Shown here: one piece after another, positions 27,007-37,427 of the stretch | Position numbering within the stretch: position 1 is the stretch's first letter | Layout of the letters: the number at the start of each line of letters is the position of its first letter | DNA from: Gemmatimonadaceae bacterium | GTDB taxonomy: Bacteria; Gemmatimonadota; Gemmatimonadetes; Gemmatimonadales; Gemmatimonadaceae | Assembly: GCA_051859245.1 (NCBI GenBank) | Contig: JBHYGA010000001.1 | Coordinates: 64,001 to 128,000, forward strand | DNA length: 64,000 nt | Reading direction: 5' to 3' | Translations under genes and position numbers: made by a program | The notes under the pieces: model-generated | Database searches by the model: none | What the model saw: the letters and a program-made list of their open reading frames with translations, nothing else | What the model was told of the DNA's origin: nothing

Positions 27007-27564
27007 ATGTCCATGGATACGCTTACGACCTTCGCCCCTCAACGCGTTGTTGTGGGGAGTACCAACCCGGTGAAAATTGGCGCCGTGTCAGCGGTGCTTG
27101 GTCGACTCGCGCCCACGGCGATCGTGTTCGGGCTTGCCGCGCGTTCCGGTGTGCCTGACCAGCCGTGGGGCGACGAACAAACCATTCACGGCGCTCGCAC
27201 TCGGGCACGTTTCGCACTCGCCGAGAGTGACGCCGAATTGGCGATCGGACTCGAGGGCGGAGTCGTTGAACTCGACAGCGGCGCGTTGCGCACCTGCGCC
27301 TGGGCTGTGGCCTGCGCACGCGATGGCCGCGAAGGTGTGGGCGGTTCGATGGTGCTGCCGCTGCCCGATCGTGTCGCGGCCAGACTGCGCGCCGGTGAAG
27401 AACTCAGCCACGCCATTGATGCAGAAGCGAAAACGCAGGGCACCGGCGTGGGCGTTGGTGCCGTGGGAATTCTGACGGCCGGTTTGTTCGACCGTCAGCG
27501 TGCGTACGAGGTGCTGGTGAGTTACGCCCTCGCACCATTTCTCGCCTCCGAGTTCTACCGCTAA
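27007..27564 (+). CDS. yjjX: Inosine/xanthosine triphosphatase (YjjX/DUF84 family)
   Basis: VGSTNPVKI, SGVPDQPWG..TIHGARTRA, IGLEGG, GAVGILT. Confidence 0.85.
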   Translation: MSMDTLTTFAPQRVVVGSTNPVKIGAVSAVLGRLAPTAIVFGLAARSGVPDQPWGDEQTIHGARTRARFALAESDAELAIGLEGGVVELDSGALRTCAWAVACARDGREGVGGSMVLPLPDRVAARLRAGEELSHAIDAEAKTQGTGVGVGAVGILTAGLFDRQRAYEVLVSYALAPFLASEFYR

Positions 27565-27584
27565 CCCGATACGATGCTGCCCAA

Positions 27585-28514
27585 CTACTGCTTCTCCCGG
27601 TCAGTCGGCCGATAGAGCAGCAGCGCCTGTGGCGCATCGCGCAGCACCGCGTCGGCAACACTGCCCATCACCAAGCGAGCCAGGCCAGTGCGTCCGTGCG
27701 TGGCCATGGCGATCACACTCGCGCCGATCGCGGCGGCCTTCTCAATGATCGGGCGTGCGGCGGTCATGTCGGTGCCGACGTCGACTGTGCAGTTGGGCGG
27801 GAGTGTTCCCGCGAGCGCGGTGAGACGTTCGCGTGCTTCCTGTTCCTGATGCGACAGGTCGCTTTCGTCGGCGAGTAGCGCTTCGGCACCAAACGGTGCC
27901 ATCGGAATCGCGTTCGGAATGGCGACGGTGTACAGCGCGAGCGGGGCATCGAGGGCTTCGGCGAGTCGCGCCGCGTGATACACAATCGCATCGCCGAACG
28001 CCGAGCCATCGAGCGGTACGAGCACTGGTCCACTCGGCAGCGGCGCCTCCGCGGCCGGCGCCGTGACGCCACTCGGTCGTACGAGGTACACGGCACACGG
28101 CGCACGTTGCAGAAAGCTGGTCGCCACGCTGCCCAGCCAGAGTCGCTCGAGGCCGCTGCGTCCATGCGTGGTCATGACGACGAGATCGGCGGCGATCGTG
28201 ACCGCGTATTCGGCGATCGTTTCCACCACAGTCCCCTCGAGCAGGGTGCTGGTGGCATGAACGCCCTGCGCGCTGAGCTCGTTCGCCACCTGCTGGATGG
28301 CGTCGGCGTCGGCCTTGCGGCGCGCTTCGAGCGCGTCAGTGTCCATGACGGGCACCAGCACTTCGCCGGGAACGAAGGGCACGTAGGCGCTCGGGTCGAG
28401 CACCGTCACAACGTGGAGCGCGGCGCCGGAGCGTTTGGCGAGCGCGGCAGCCACGGGAATTGCCCGGGCGCTGAACGGTGAACCGTCGAGCGGAAGCAGG
28501 ATGGTGTGGTACAT
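27585..28514 (-). CDS. Tandem-domain universal stress protein
   Basis: Two USP domains: ILLPLDGS...DLVVMTTHGRSG...LGSVA and VLVPLDGS...MATHGRTG...GSVAD. Confidence 0.93.
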   Translation of the reverse strand: MYHTILLPLDGSPFSARAIPVAAALAKRSGAALHVVTVLDPSAYVPFVPGEVLVPVMDTDALEARRKADADAIQQVANELSAQGVHATSTLLEGTVVETIAEYAVTIAADLVVMTTHGRSGLERLWLGSVATSFLQRAPCAVYLVRPSGVTAPAAEAPLPSGPVLVPLDGSAFGDAIVYHAARLAEALDAPLALYTVAIPNAIPMAPFGAEALLADESDLSHQEQEARERLTALAGTLPPNCTVDVGTDMTAARPIIEKAAAIGASVIAMATHGRTGLARLVMGSVADAVLRDAPQALLLYRPTDREKQ

Positions 28515-28576
28515 GATGCCTCGAACGTGGGCGATAGGTGGGAACAGCGCCAGCGGGGGAGTGCGCCGCACCCTCC

Positions 28577-28618
28577 AGTATATTGCCTGAGGGTACGTCT
28601 TGTGTCAGGGAAATCACG
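28577..28618 (-). promoter_or_regulatory. Putative CRP/FNR-family class II promoter for the usp gene
   Basis: Minus-strand TATACT -10 box (28582-28577); TGTCA-N6-TCACG (28603-28618) centred near -41. Confidence 0.45.
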
Positions 28619-28669
28619 CTGGTCGTGCGAGGGTTGTGGCGCGATGAGCGACATTCGAACGGAATTGTC

Positions 28670-29158
28670 ATGGCCAATGCGCCGCATGTGTGCGCCGAGC
28701 GAGTTCGCTGGGCAGATGTTGATCTGGTGGGAATCGCACGATTCAGTGCGTTCACCCGTTTTGTGGAGTACGGCGAGCAGGAATGGCTGCGCGCCGCAGG
28801 GCTCCCATATAACGAGATCTTCAACGCACCGTCCATCTGGATGCCGCGGCGTCACATGAGCATTGATTACTTCGCACCTGCGCGGATCGATGACGCACTG
28901 GCGCTCGTGACCTATGTGCCGCGAATCGGCAATACGTCGTTCACGTTCAATGTGGATGTGCTTGGCCTGGCCGATGGCACACCGAAAGCCAGCGCCAGCG
29001 TGGTGGTGGTGTGTGTGACCGTTGACGACTTCGCGAAGCGTCCGCTGCCGCGCATGGTGCTCGATGCCATCGCCCCGTTTCATCTCGATCGTGATGCGGC
29101 GCTCGAGGCGGCTGCCCCGCAGCGCCAATCGCTCGCCGAACTTGCTATCTTTCAGTGA
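28670..29158 (+). CDS. Acyl-CoA thioesterase (4HBT/YbgC hotdog fold)
   Basis: VRWADVDLVGI, IDYFAPARIDD, RIGNTSFTF. Confidence 0.85.
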   Translation: MANAPHVCAERVRWADVDLVGIARFSAFTRFVEYGEQEWLRAAGLPYNEIFNAPSIWMPRRHMSIDYFAPARIDDALALVTYVPRIGNTSFTFNVDVLGLADGTPKASASVVVVCVTVDDFAKRPLPRMVLDAIAPFHLDRDAALEAAAPQRQSLAELAIFQ

Positions 29159-29159
29159 T

Positions 29160-30416
29160 ATGACTGACTCAATCGCCGCTGCCGCCTCGGGACAGTACGT
29201 CCGCAAGGGATTTGGACTCAAGGCCGAGGTGCAGGACACGCTGGCCGCGGACTACACGGGCCACCTGGTGGACCTGCTGCGCGCCCGGGACTTCACATTG
29301 CAGGTGGGTGACACCACCGTGGTGCTCGCGCGCGAGTTCGGCTTTTGTTACGGCGTGGAGCGCGCGGTGGACTACGCGTACCAGACGCGACAGAAATTTC
29401 CGGATCGCAGGATTTTTCTGGCTGGCGAGATCATTCACAATCCGCACGTCAACGTGAAGCTGCAGGATATGGGCATCACGTTTCTTGAGGCAAAAGGCAC
29501 GGGCTTTGATTACTCGCCGGTGCAGGCCGCGGACGTGGTATTGCTACCAGCGTTTGGCGTGACGATTCACGACTTTGAAACGCTGCGCGCACTTGGCTGC
29601 GTGATCGTGGATACCACGTGTGGTTCGGTGCTGAATGTGTGGAAGCGTGTGGAAGCCTACGCGCGCGATGGCTTCACGGCGCTCATTCACGGCAAGTACT
29701 ACCACGAAGAAACGCGGGCCACCGCGTCGCAGGTGGAGAAGTATCCGGGCGGTATGTATCTCGTGGTGCGCGATATGGCCGAAGCGGATCTGGTCATGGA
29801 CTACATCGAGGCATCGCAGGGCAAACCGACGGCCAGGGCGCCGCTGTCGCGCGAGGAGTTTCTGGCGCGCTTTGAGAAGCAGGCCCCCTCGCACTTTGAT
29901 CCGGATCTGCACCTGGTGCGCATTGGCGTCGCCAATCAAACCACCATGTTGGCGCGCGAATCACTCGCCATTGCCCATGCGGTGGGTGAAGCGATGGAAC
30001 GTGCCTACGGTGCGGAGCACAGAGCCGCGCACTTCCGTTCCTTTGACACCATTTGCAGCGCCACGCAGGAACGTCAGGACGCGGTGGTGGAAATGCTCAA
30101 GGAACCGCTTGATCTGATGGTCGTGGTTGGTGGCTACAACTCAAGCAATACCATCTCGCTCGCGGCGCTCTGCGCGGAGCAGGTCACGACGTACCACATC
30201 GCGGATCCTGACGAAGTCGATGTGACACAGAACTTCGCTCGCTTCCGCACGATTGGTCCGCACGGTGAGCTGGCGAGCATGTCCCATTGGATTCCCGTAG
30301 GCCGTCCGCTGCGCGTCGGCGTCACGGCGGGCGCCAGTACGCCAAACAACAAGATTGGCGAAACGGTGGCCCGGATCTTCCAGATTCGGGGTGTGGACCC
30401 CGCGACGATCACGTGA
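29160..30416 (+). CDS. ispH: 4-hydroxy-3-methylbut-2-enyl diphosphate reductase
   Basis: GFCYGVERA, EIIHNP, DTTC, HEE, NQTT, DTICSATQERQ, GGYNSSNT, GVTAGASTP. Confidence 0.96.
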   Translation: MTDSIAAAASGQYVRKGFGLKAEVQDTLAADYTGHLVDLLRARDFTLQVGDTTVVLAREFGFCYGVERAVDYAYQTRQKFPDRRIFLAGEIIHNPHVNVKLQDMGITFLEAKGTGFDYSPVQAADVVLLPAFGVTIHDFETLRALGCVIVDTTCGSVLNVWKRVEAYARDGFTALIHGKYYHEETRATASQVEKYPGGMYLVVRDMAEADLVMDYIEASQGKPTARAPLSREEFLARFEKQAPSHFDPDLHLVRIGVANQTTMLARESLAIAHAVGEAMERAYGAEHRAAHFRSFDTICSATQERQDAVVEMLKEPLDLMVVVGGYNSSNTISLAALCAEQVTTYHIADPDEVDVTQNFARFRTIGPHGELASMSHWIPVGRPLRVGVTAGASTPNNKIGETVARIFQIRGVDPATIT

Positions 30417-30551
30417 TTGGCGATGCCGGGGTAATGCAGCGTGGTACGCTGCGTCACACCGAGTAGTCACGTGGTGGTGTGCCGGTGTATCCGTACCTGC
30501 ATGGAGCGCATGCGGGTACGATTACATCACACCGATTTCGCGGAGGAACCG

Positions 30552-31823
30552 TTGCGTTCAGATCCTGACACGGCCCGTACTGTACGCGCCCCAGTGTTCG
30601 CGTTGCTTGCCGCTGGGGCTTTGTTGCTCGCCGCCTGCGGTGAGACAACGGCTCCGAGTGGTAGCACGCCAACGCCGCTTGATGTGCTGCCGCGCACGCT
30701 GACCGCACTCGAGAAAGAAGCGATCTCGGCGAGCAATGCATTCGGCTTCGCGCTGCTTCGTGAAGTTGTGGCTGAGAAGCCAAATCAGAATGTGGTGCTC
30801 TCGCCATTCAGTGCGCACGTTGCGCTCGGCATGGCGTATGCAGGCGCGGATGGCAGCACCGCCGATTCCATGCGGGCCGCGCTGGGTTGGGGCACACGTT
30901 CACGCGAAGACATTCTGGCCGGCTACAAAGAGCTGCCCGGACTGATTCTTTCGCTCGATTCGCAGGTCGATCTGCGCAACGCGAACTCACTCTGGGTGCG
31001 TCAGGGTTTTCCGGTGCTGCCGGGCTACACCTCGGAAATGCAAACCGTCTTTGGTGCGGAAGTGCGCACGGGAGATTTTGGTCCGTCAACGGTAGACGCG
31101 ATGAACACGTGGGCGTCGCAAAAGACGAACGGAAAAATTCCTATAGTTGTCGAGTCGCTCAGTGCCGAAATGGTCGCCATGCTGATGAACGCGTTGTATT
31201 TCAAAGCCAGCTGGCGCGACCGGTTTGACTCGGCCAAGAGCCGCGATATTCCGTTTACGACGACCTCGGGTGCGACGCCATCAGTACGGACCATGTTTCG
31301 CAGCGACAAAAACATGGGGTACCGTGAGGCGTTCGGGGCGCAGTGGGCCGAGCTTCCGTACGGGAACAGCGCGTTCGTGATGACGCTCGTGCTGCCGTCT
31401 CGTACGACCACGGCGCGGCAGTGGTTGCAAGGGTTCGATGCCGCACAGTTCCAGAACACCGTGCAGCGATTCGACTCGGCCAAAGTGGAGCTCGCGTTGC
31501 CCAAGTTCCGGTTGCCGCTGCGATACGGGCTCACCGAACCGCTCAAGCGCATGGGAATGGGCATCGCGTTTCGTCCGGCCGAAGCGAGTTTTCGCCGCAT
31601 CGCCAATGCCGAGCTGTCGATTTCGCACGTCACACAGGATGTGTACATCGATGTGAACGAGGAGGGCACGGAAGCGGCCGCCGTGACACAGGTGGGAATT
31701 CGGCTGACTTCGGCACCAATCCATCCGGTGATGACGCTTGATCGGCCATTCCTGTTCTTTATTCGTGAGCGCTTGAGTGGTACGATTCTCTTTGCCGGAA
31801 TTATTGAGAATCCGCAAATGTAG
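30552..31823 (+). CDS. Serpin family protease inhibitor, lipoprotein
   Basis: NVVLSPFS, NALYFKASW, LPKF, EEGTEAAAVT hinge, LDRPFLFFI; LAAC lipobox; TTG 30552 after GGAGG. Confidence 0.93.
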   Translation: MRSDPDTARTVRAPVFALLAAGALLLAACGETTAPSGSTPTPLDVLPRTLTALEKEAISASNAFGFALLREVVAEKPNQNVVLSPFSAHVALGMAYAGADGSTADSMRAALGWGTRSREDILAGYKELPGLILSLDSQVDLRNANSLWVRQGFPVLPGYTSEMQTVFGAEVRTGDFGPSTVDAMNTWASQKTNGKIPIVVESLSAEMVAMLMNALYFKASWRDRFDSAKSRDIPFTTTSGATPSVRTMFRSDKNMGYREAFGAQWAELPYGNSAFVMTLVLPSRTTTARQWLQGFDAAQFQNTVQRFDSAKVELALPKFRLPLRYGLTEPLKRMGMGIAFRPAEASFRRIANAELSISHVTQDVYIDVNEEGTEAAAVTQVGIRLTSAPIHPVMTLDRPFLFFIRERLSGTILFAGIIENPQM

Positions 31824-31835
31824 CCACGGGCGGTT

Positions 31836-33425
31836 ATGACGGTGTCAGCGTATCAGCAGGGACAAGGCAAGCGCGCGGCGGTGACACGAGTCATCGCCGC
31901 GTTCGCGTTAGCAACGATCGCGGTGTTGTCGTCGTGCGCGCGCGCACCGCGTGTCGCACCGGTTGCAGCTGCTGCGCCCGTGCGGCTGCTGCTCGTGAAC
32001 GATGTGTACGTGGCCGATACACTGCGCGACGGCAGTGGCGGTCTGGCGCGCGTGGCGGCGTGGCGTGATTCGGTGGAGCAGGCGTCGGGGGAGAAGGTGT
32101 TCCTGCTGTTCGCCGGCGATATGTTCTCACCGTCGCTGCTGAGCAAGTGGTTTCACGGACGACAGATGGTGGAAGCGTTCAACGCGGCACGGTTCGACTT
32201 CGCCACGCTCGGCAATCACGAGTTTGATGTCGACCGCGCGCAGTTCACTTCCCGTGTGACGGAGTCAAAGTTTCAGTGGTTGTCGGCCAACTGTCGCTAC
32301 GGCGATGGCGAGCCATTTCCCAACGTGCGCGGGTGGGACACTGTCACCGTGAACGGTACGCGCGTTGGTGTGTTCGGCACCACGATTGTAGCCGAGTATC
32401 GGTCGTGGGTCCGCTGCACCGATCCAGATGCCGCGGCAACGCTCATGGTTGATTCACTGTCAGCGCTTGGCGTGGACCTGATCGTTGGGCTTACGCATCA
32501 GCCGATCTGGCGGGACAGTGCCACGCTGGTTCGCGACCCGCGGATTTCATTGGTGCTGGGCGGTCATGAACATGATGGTCGCCGTGTCATGCACAACGGT
32601 CGCCTCATGATCAAGGCGGCGTCGAACGCACGTACCGCGGCGTACGTGGAGGCGCGTCGCAGCGGCAACGCATGGACGCTGCGCGACACGATCATTCGTC
32701 CGGCGCGCGCGTGGCGCGAGCAAGCGGCCACCGCCGCGGTGACTGCAGCGTGGCGCGACACGTTGGTACGCCGCATTGGTCGTGACCGGGTGCTCGGCGT
32801 GGCGCCCGAGGCCATTGATGCCGTGGACAGCACATCACGTGGCGGAGAAAGCCGGTTCGGCAACCTGGTGGCCGATGCGTACCGGCTTGGAACCGGCGCG
32901 GATGTCGGCATGATCAACTCCGGCGCGCTTCGGCTCGACGACATGCTCGGCCCGGGTCCGATCACGGCGCACGAGCTCGAGTCCGTGTTTTTGTTTGCCG
33001 ATGAAACGCGCGTGGTCACGTTCCCGCTCACGGGTGCCCGACTGCGTGAGTTGCTGGAGCACGGCGTATCAGCGCGACGGTTGGGCAGCGGGGCGTATCC
33101 GCAGCTCAGTGGCGTGTCTTTCACGTTCGACGCGCGGCTGGCCAGCGGCGCGCGCATTGTTAGCCCGATCACGCGGCCCGACGGTCGCACGATCGCAGAG
33201 GGCGATACTGTACGCATGTCGTTCGCATCGTATCCGGCGTGTCTCGGTGGTGACGGCTACGTGATCCCTGAGGCCAAGTCGGCGTGCGATGCACTCGAAC
33301 GCGATGTCACCACGGCCCCCCGTAGCGCCGAGCTGGTGATTCGTCACGTGGAAACGATGGGTGGTTCGATTGTGGCGCCGCCCGTTGGCAGGCTCAACCG
33401 CCTGGATCGTCCTCGCCGGCCCTGA
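31836..33425 (+). CDS. Metallophosphoesterase/5'-nucleotidase, probable lipoprotein
   Basis: NDVY, AGDMFSPS, GNHEFD, LTH, GGHEH, ESRFGNLVADAY, NSGALR. Confidence 0.9.
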   Translation: MTVSAYQQGQGKRAAVTRVIAAFALATIAVLSSCARAPRVAPVAAAAPVRLLLVNDVYVADTLRDGSGGLARVAAWRDSVEQASGEKVFLLFAGDMFSPSLLSKWFHGRQMVEAFNAARFDFATLGNHEFDVDRAQFTSRVTESKFQWLSANCRYGDGEPFPNVRGWDTVTVNGTRVGVFGTTIVAEYRSWVRCTDPDAAATLMVDSLSALGVDLIVGLTHQPIWRDSATLVRDPRISLVLGGHEHDGRRVMHNGRLMIKAASNARTAAYVEARRSGNAWTLRDTIIRPARAWREQAATAAVTAAWRDTLVRRIGRDRVLGVAPEAIDAVDSTSRGGESRFGNLVADAYRLGTGADVGMINSGALRLDDMLGPGPITAHELESVFLFADETRVVTFPLTGARLRELLEHGVSARRLGSGAYPQLSGVSFTFDARLASGARIVSPITRPDGRTIAEGDTVRMSFASYPACLGGDGYVIPEAKSACDALERDVTTAPRSAELVIRHVETMGGSIVAPPVGRLNRLDRPRRP

Positions 33426-33540
33426 TCGAGCGGTGTCCCCCCGATGGTTCGTGGTGCATTCCCCGGTTGTGTCAGTCGGGGGCGTGCCGTAGCGTCACGA
33501 AGGGCTGTATGCAGACTTCTCTCTCGCGCCGGAGTGCCTC

Positions 33541-34341
33541 GTGATCTCGCATGAACCCGTGACCGCCCGCGATGCCGATGCCATTGCGCACCTGCGCTTG
33601 GATGGCAAGGTCGCGATTGTGACCGGCGGTACACGCGGCATTGGATTCGCTGCGGCAACCACGCTGGCGCGCGCGGGGGCGCGCGTGATCATCGCCAGTC
33701 GCAAGCCGGAGCATGTGGCGTCGGCGGAACAGGCGCTGCGCCACGATGGACTCGACGTGACCGGCATTGTCGCCAACATGAGCCACATGGACGACGTGCG
33801 TGGACTCGCGGCGCGCACGGTCGAAGTATACGACGGCATTGATATCATTGTGAACAATGCGGCCACGAATCCCGTGTTTGGTCCGTTGCAAACACAAGGT
33901 GAGGAAGTGTTTGCAAAAATCATGGCGGTGAACGTGATGGGTGTGCTCGAGCTGTGCCGCTCGGCGCATTCGGTGATGCAATCGCGCGGTGGCGGTTCCA
34001 TTGTGAACATCGCGTCGATTGGCGGTGTGTCTCCGGAAGCAGGACTCGGCTTGTACTCCGTGAGTAAAGCGGCGCTCATCTCGCTCACCAAAGTGATGGC
34101 CATGGAATGGGGCGCCGATGGCATTCGCGCGAACGCGGTGTGCCCGGGGCTGATCAAGACGCGTTTCAGCAAAGCGCTCTGGGATGATCCGGCCATTGCG
34201 CACTCCATCATGGACAAACAGCCGATTGGTCGCATCGGTACGCCCGATGATATCGCGGGCTTGATTCTATTCCTCGCGAGCGGCGCGTCGGCGTATTGCA
34301 CCGGCGGCGTCTACATGGCCGAAGGCGGTTATCTGCTGTGA
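33541..34341 (+). CDS. SDR family oxidoreductase (DHRS4-like)
   Basis: TGGTRGIG, VNNAATNP, YSVSK, PGLIKT. Confidence 0.93.
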   Translation: MISHEPVTARDADAIAHLRLDGKVAIVTGGTRGIGFAAATTLARAGARVIIASRKPEHVASAEQALRHDGLDVTGIVANMSHMDDVRGLAARTVEVYDGIDIIVNNAATNPVFGPLQTQGEEVFAKIMAVNVMGVLELCRSAHSVMQSRGGGSIVNIASIGGVSPEAGLGLYSVSKAALISLTKVMAMEWGADGIRANAVCPGLIKTRFSKALWDDPAIAHSIMDKQPIGRIGTPDDIAGLILFLASGASAYCTGGVYMAEGGYLL

Positions 34342-35522
34342 ATGATCATGAGGCGTTGCTCAACGAAGCACGCGCGTTCGTGCGCGACGAGTTGATTCCG
34401 CGTGAAGGCGAATTGTTGCGTGCTGATTGGGAAACGATTTCGCCGTTGCTTGCACGCCTTCGAGAACAGGCGCGCACACGCGGACTGTGGGCACCGTTTC
34501 TGTCGCCGTCGCACGGTGGGCAGGGATTGCCACTTGAGACATTTGCGCGGCTGTCTGAAGTGCTCGGCTGGACACCGTTTGGTCACTACGTGTGCAACTG
34601 TCAGGCGCCGGATGTGGGGAACATGGAGTTGCTGCATCAGTTCGGGTCCGCTGAGCAGCACGCCACGTGGTTGCAGCCTTTGGCGCACGGTGACATTCGC
34701 AGTTGTTTTGCGATGACGGAGCCCGACCTTGCGGGCAGCAATCCCACGCAGCTGGCGACTGTCGCGGTGCGTGACGGCGATGAGTATGTGATCAATGGGC
34801 ATAAGTGGTTCACATCGAGCGCCGACGGGGCCGCATTCGCCGTGGTGATGGCGGTGACGAATCCGGATGCCGAGCCACACGCACGTGCATCACAGATCAT
34901 TGTGCCGCTCCCAACGCCCGGATTTACGTTGGTGCGCAACATTTCGGTGATGGGTGAAAGTGGCGGCGGCTGGGCGAGTCACGCCGAGGTCACGTTCGAG
35001 AATGTGCGCGTTCCGATCACGAATCGGTTGGGTGCGGAAGGCGCGGGATTCGCGTTGGCGCAGGAGCGCCTGGGACCGGGCCGCATTCACCACTGCATGC
35101 GCTGGATTGGGGTGTGCGAGCGCGTGTTTGACCTCATGTGCCGGCGCGCGGTGTCGCGTGAGCTGTCCCCCGGTGAGCCGCTGGCCAACAAACAAGCGGT
35201 GCAGTTCTGGATTGCCGATTCACGGATCGAAATTCACGCGGCGCGCCTGATGGTACTCGATGCGGCGGCGCGCATTTCGCGCGATGGTCAGCGTGCGGCG
35301 CGCGCCGAGATTGCGTACATCAAGGTGTTCGTGGCCAACGTGTTGCAGCGTGTGCTCGACCGCGCGTTGCAGGCGCATGGTGCACTGGGCATGACGGATG
35401 ATACGCCGATCGCCTGGTGGTACCGGCACGAGCGTGCCGCTCGCATTTACGATGGGGCGGATGAGGTGCACAAGAGTGTGATTGCGCGTCGTGCGCTCGC
35501 GCCGTACCTGAGCACGTCGTGA
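34338..35522 (+). CDS. Acyl-CoA dehydrogenase (ACAD10/11 type)
   Basis: NCQAPDVGNME, FAMTEP, NGHKWF, QERLGPGRIHHCMR, RIYDGADEVH; GTG overlaps the SDR stop. Confidence 0.93.
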   Translation: MNDHEALLNEARAFVRDELIPREGELLRADWETISPLLARLREQARTRGLWAPFLSPSHGGQGLPLETFARLSEVLGWTPFGHYVCNCQAPDVGNMELLHQFGSAEQHATWLQPLAHGDIRSCFAMTEPDLAGSNPTQLATVAVRDGDEYVINGHKWFTSSADGAAFAVVMAVTNPDAEPHARASQIIVPLPTPGFTLVRNISVMGESGGGWASHAEVTFENVRVPITNRLGAEGAGFALAQERLGPGRIHHCMRWIGVCERVFDLMCRRAVSRELSPGEPLANKQAVQFWIADSRIEIHAARLMVLDAAARISRDGQRAARAEIAYIKVFVANVLQRVLDRALQAHGALGMTDDTPIAWWYRHERAARIYDGADEVHKSVIARRALAPYLSTS

Positions 35523-36613
35523 GTGACCGCGCGGGTGGACCGCACGACACAGTGCGTGTGCGGGCTGGTGAGGAGCTCGATGCGGCATCGTTAACGGTCT
35601 GGTTGCACGGCAACGCGCCGGATTTGCTTGGAGCGACAACGTTGCCGCTGCAGATCACGCAGTTCGGTGGCGGCTTCTCAAATCTCACGTATCTGGTGCA
35701 TGCCGGCGATCATCGGTTTGTCTTGCGACGGCCACCGCGTGGTGTTGCACGCGGTGTGGCGCATGATATGTCGCGCGAGTACCGCTTGCTGCGTGCCTTG
35801 CATCCCGTCGGCGTGCCAGTGCCGCGTGCGCTTGCGTTCTGCGACGATGATTCGGTGCTCGGCGCGCCGTTCTACATCATGGAGCACGTGGACGGTGTGA
35901 TCCTGCGACAGTCACCGCCCGATGGCGTGCTGTTTGATGCACACGTTGCGCGCAGACTGGCCGACTCCTTTGTCGCACGACTCGCAGCGCTGCATTCGCT
36001 CGATGTCTCTACTGGTGGACTGGCCGAGCTCGGTCGTGCGGAAGGCTACGTGTCTCGGCAAGTCGCCGGCTGGACCAAACGCTGGGTGGCCTCGCAAACG
36101 AGCGTGGTGCAGAACATGGATGCGGTGGCGCAGTGGCTCGCCGAGCATCAACCCGCGGAAGCTGGCGCTGCGCTGCTGCACAATGATTTCAAGTACGACA
36201 ATCTGGTCCTCGATCCGTCGGACCTCACGCAGATCCGCGCGATACTTGATTGGGAGATGGCCACCATTGGCTGTCCGCTCATGGATCTGGGTACGTCGCT
36301 CGCGTACTGGGTGCAAGCCAATGATCCGCCGTTATTGCGCGCGCTCGGCCTTGGCATCACGGCGTATCCGGGCAGTCCCACGCGAATGGAAATGCTGGAG
36401 CTGTACGAGCGCGCCACGGGGCGTGGTGTTGCACAGCCGGTGTTCTACTACGTGTATGGGCTGTTCAAGCTCGCCGTTGTTGCCCAGCAGATTTATGCGC
36501 GGCATGTACGGGGACTCACGAGTGATGCGCGGTTTGCACAGTTAGATAAAGCGGTGCAGCTGCTCTCGGATATCGCGGCACGCAGCATCAACTCGGCGTC
36601 GATCTCGCACTGA
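35519..36613 (+). CDS. Phosphotransferase (APH-like, ACAD10/11-associated)
   Basis: GGFSNLTY, LRRPP, HDMSREY, HNDFKYDN, LDWEMATIG. Confidence 0.9.
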   Translation: MSDRAGGPHDTVRVRAGEELDAASLTVWLHGNAPDLLGATTLPLQITQFGGGFSNLTYLVHAGDHRFVLRRPPRGVARGVAHDMSREYRLLRALHPVGVPVPRALAFCDDDSVLGAPFYIMEHVDGVILRQSPPDGVLFDAHVARRLADSFVARLAALHSLDVSTGGLAELGRAEGYVSRQVAGWTKRWVASQTSVVQNMDAVAQWLAEHQPAEAGAALLHNDFKYDNLVLDPSDLTQIRAILDWEMATIGCPLMDLGTSLAYWVQANDPPLLRALGLGITAYPGSPTRMEMLELYERATGRGVAQPVFYYVYGLFKLAVVAQQIYARHVRGLTSDARFAQLDKAVQLLSDIAARSINSASISH

Positions 36614-36766
36614 GGTTGCGCGCGCGCTCGATCGTGCACGGCACCTGAGGGCGCTGTCGACGTGACGCAGCGCACACAACGGAACGCGATCGATTTGGGG
36701 GCGTACACTCATCGTCACGCGCAACGCTGCACATCGTGCGTGCTCCCCCCACTCTGGAGATCGCCA

Positions 36767-37318
36767 ATGATTCGATTCCGCAACGCACTGATTCCGTTTG
36801 TCGCGACGTCTGTATTCGCGCTCGCCGCATGCGGTGGCAACAAAGACAACGCCGATGATCTGCCGGCTGACGTGGTCGCGGCGGAAGATGCGGCCGCCAT
36901 TATGGAAACTGCGCCCGCCGAAACGTTTGTGGTGACGCTGAGCGGCGCGGCAGAACGTCCAACGCCGGTTGAGACCAAAGCGGAGGCGGAGGCAACGATT
37001 ATGGTGTACGCGGATAGCATTGCGTACGTGGTGAACGGACTGAATGTGATGGGCGTAACCGCGGTGCATGTGCACAAGGGCGGCGCGGAGGAAGCGGGTG
37101 ACGTTATGGCCACGCTCTATACCAGCGAGGCGGGCAATGATTTCGCGAGTGGCCCGATGGCGATGGGCACGATCACGCGCGAGACGCCACTGGCAGAAGG
37201 CGCAACATTCGACGCACTGCGCGAACTTGTGCGCACGGGTGCTGCATACATCAACGTACACACCAAGGCGAACCCCAAGGGTGAGCTGCGTGCGCAGACG
37301 GCAGGCAACGCGATGTAA
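36767..37318 (+). CDS. CHRD-domain lipoprotein
   Basis: LAAC lipobox, LSGAAERP, AVHVH, YINVHTKANPKGELRAQ. Confidence 0.88.
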   Translation: MIRFRNALIPFVATSVFALAACGGNKDNADDLPADVVAAEDAAAIMETAPAETFVVTLSGAAERPTPVETKAEAEATIMVYADSIAYVVNGLNVMGVTAVHVHKGGAEEAGDVMATLYTSEAGNDFASGPMAMGTITRETPLAEGATFDALRELVRTGAAYINVHTKANPKGELRAQTAGNAM

Positions 37319-37366
37319 GGACCCGCGTCACGTAACGGATCGTGACGCTGACAGCACATAGAAAAC

Positions 37367-37401
37367 CGGGGCACCAACCACAGTGGTTGGTGCCCCGATT
37401 T
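37367..37401. terminator. Probable bidirectional intrinsic terminator
   Basis: 14-bp stem cggggcaccaacca / tggttggtgccccg flanked by aaaa and attt, between convergent genes. Confidence 0.75.
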
Positions 37402-37427
37402 GTGTCGTATGCGATCCAACGGCTGGA

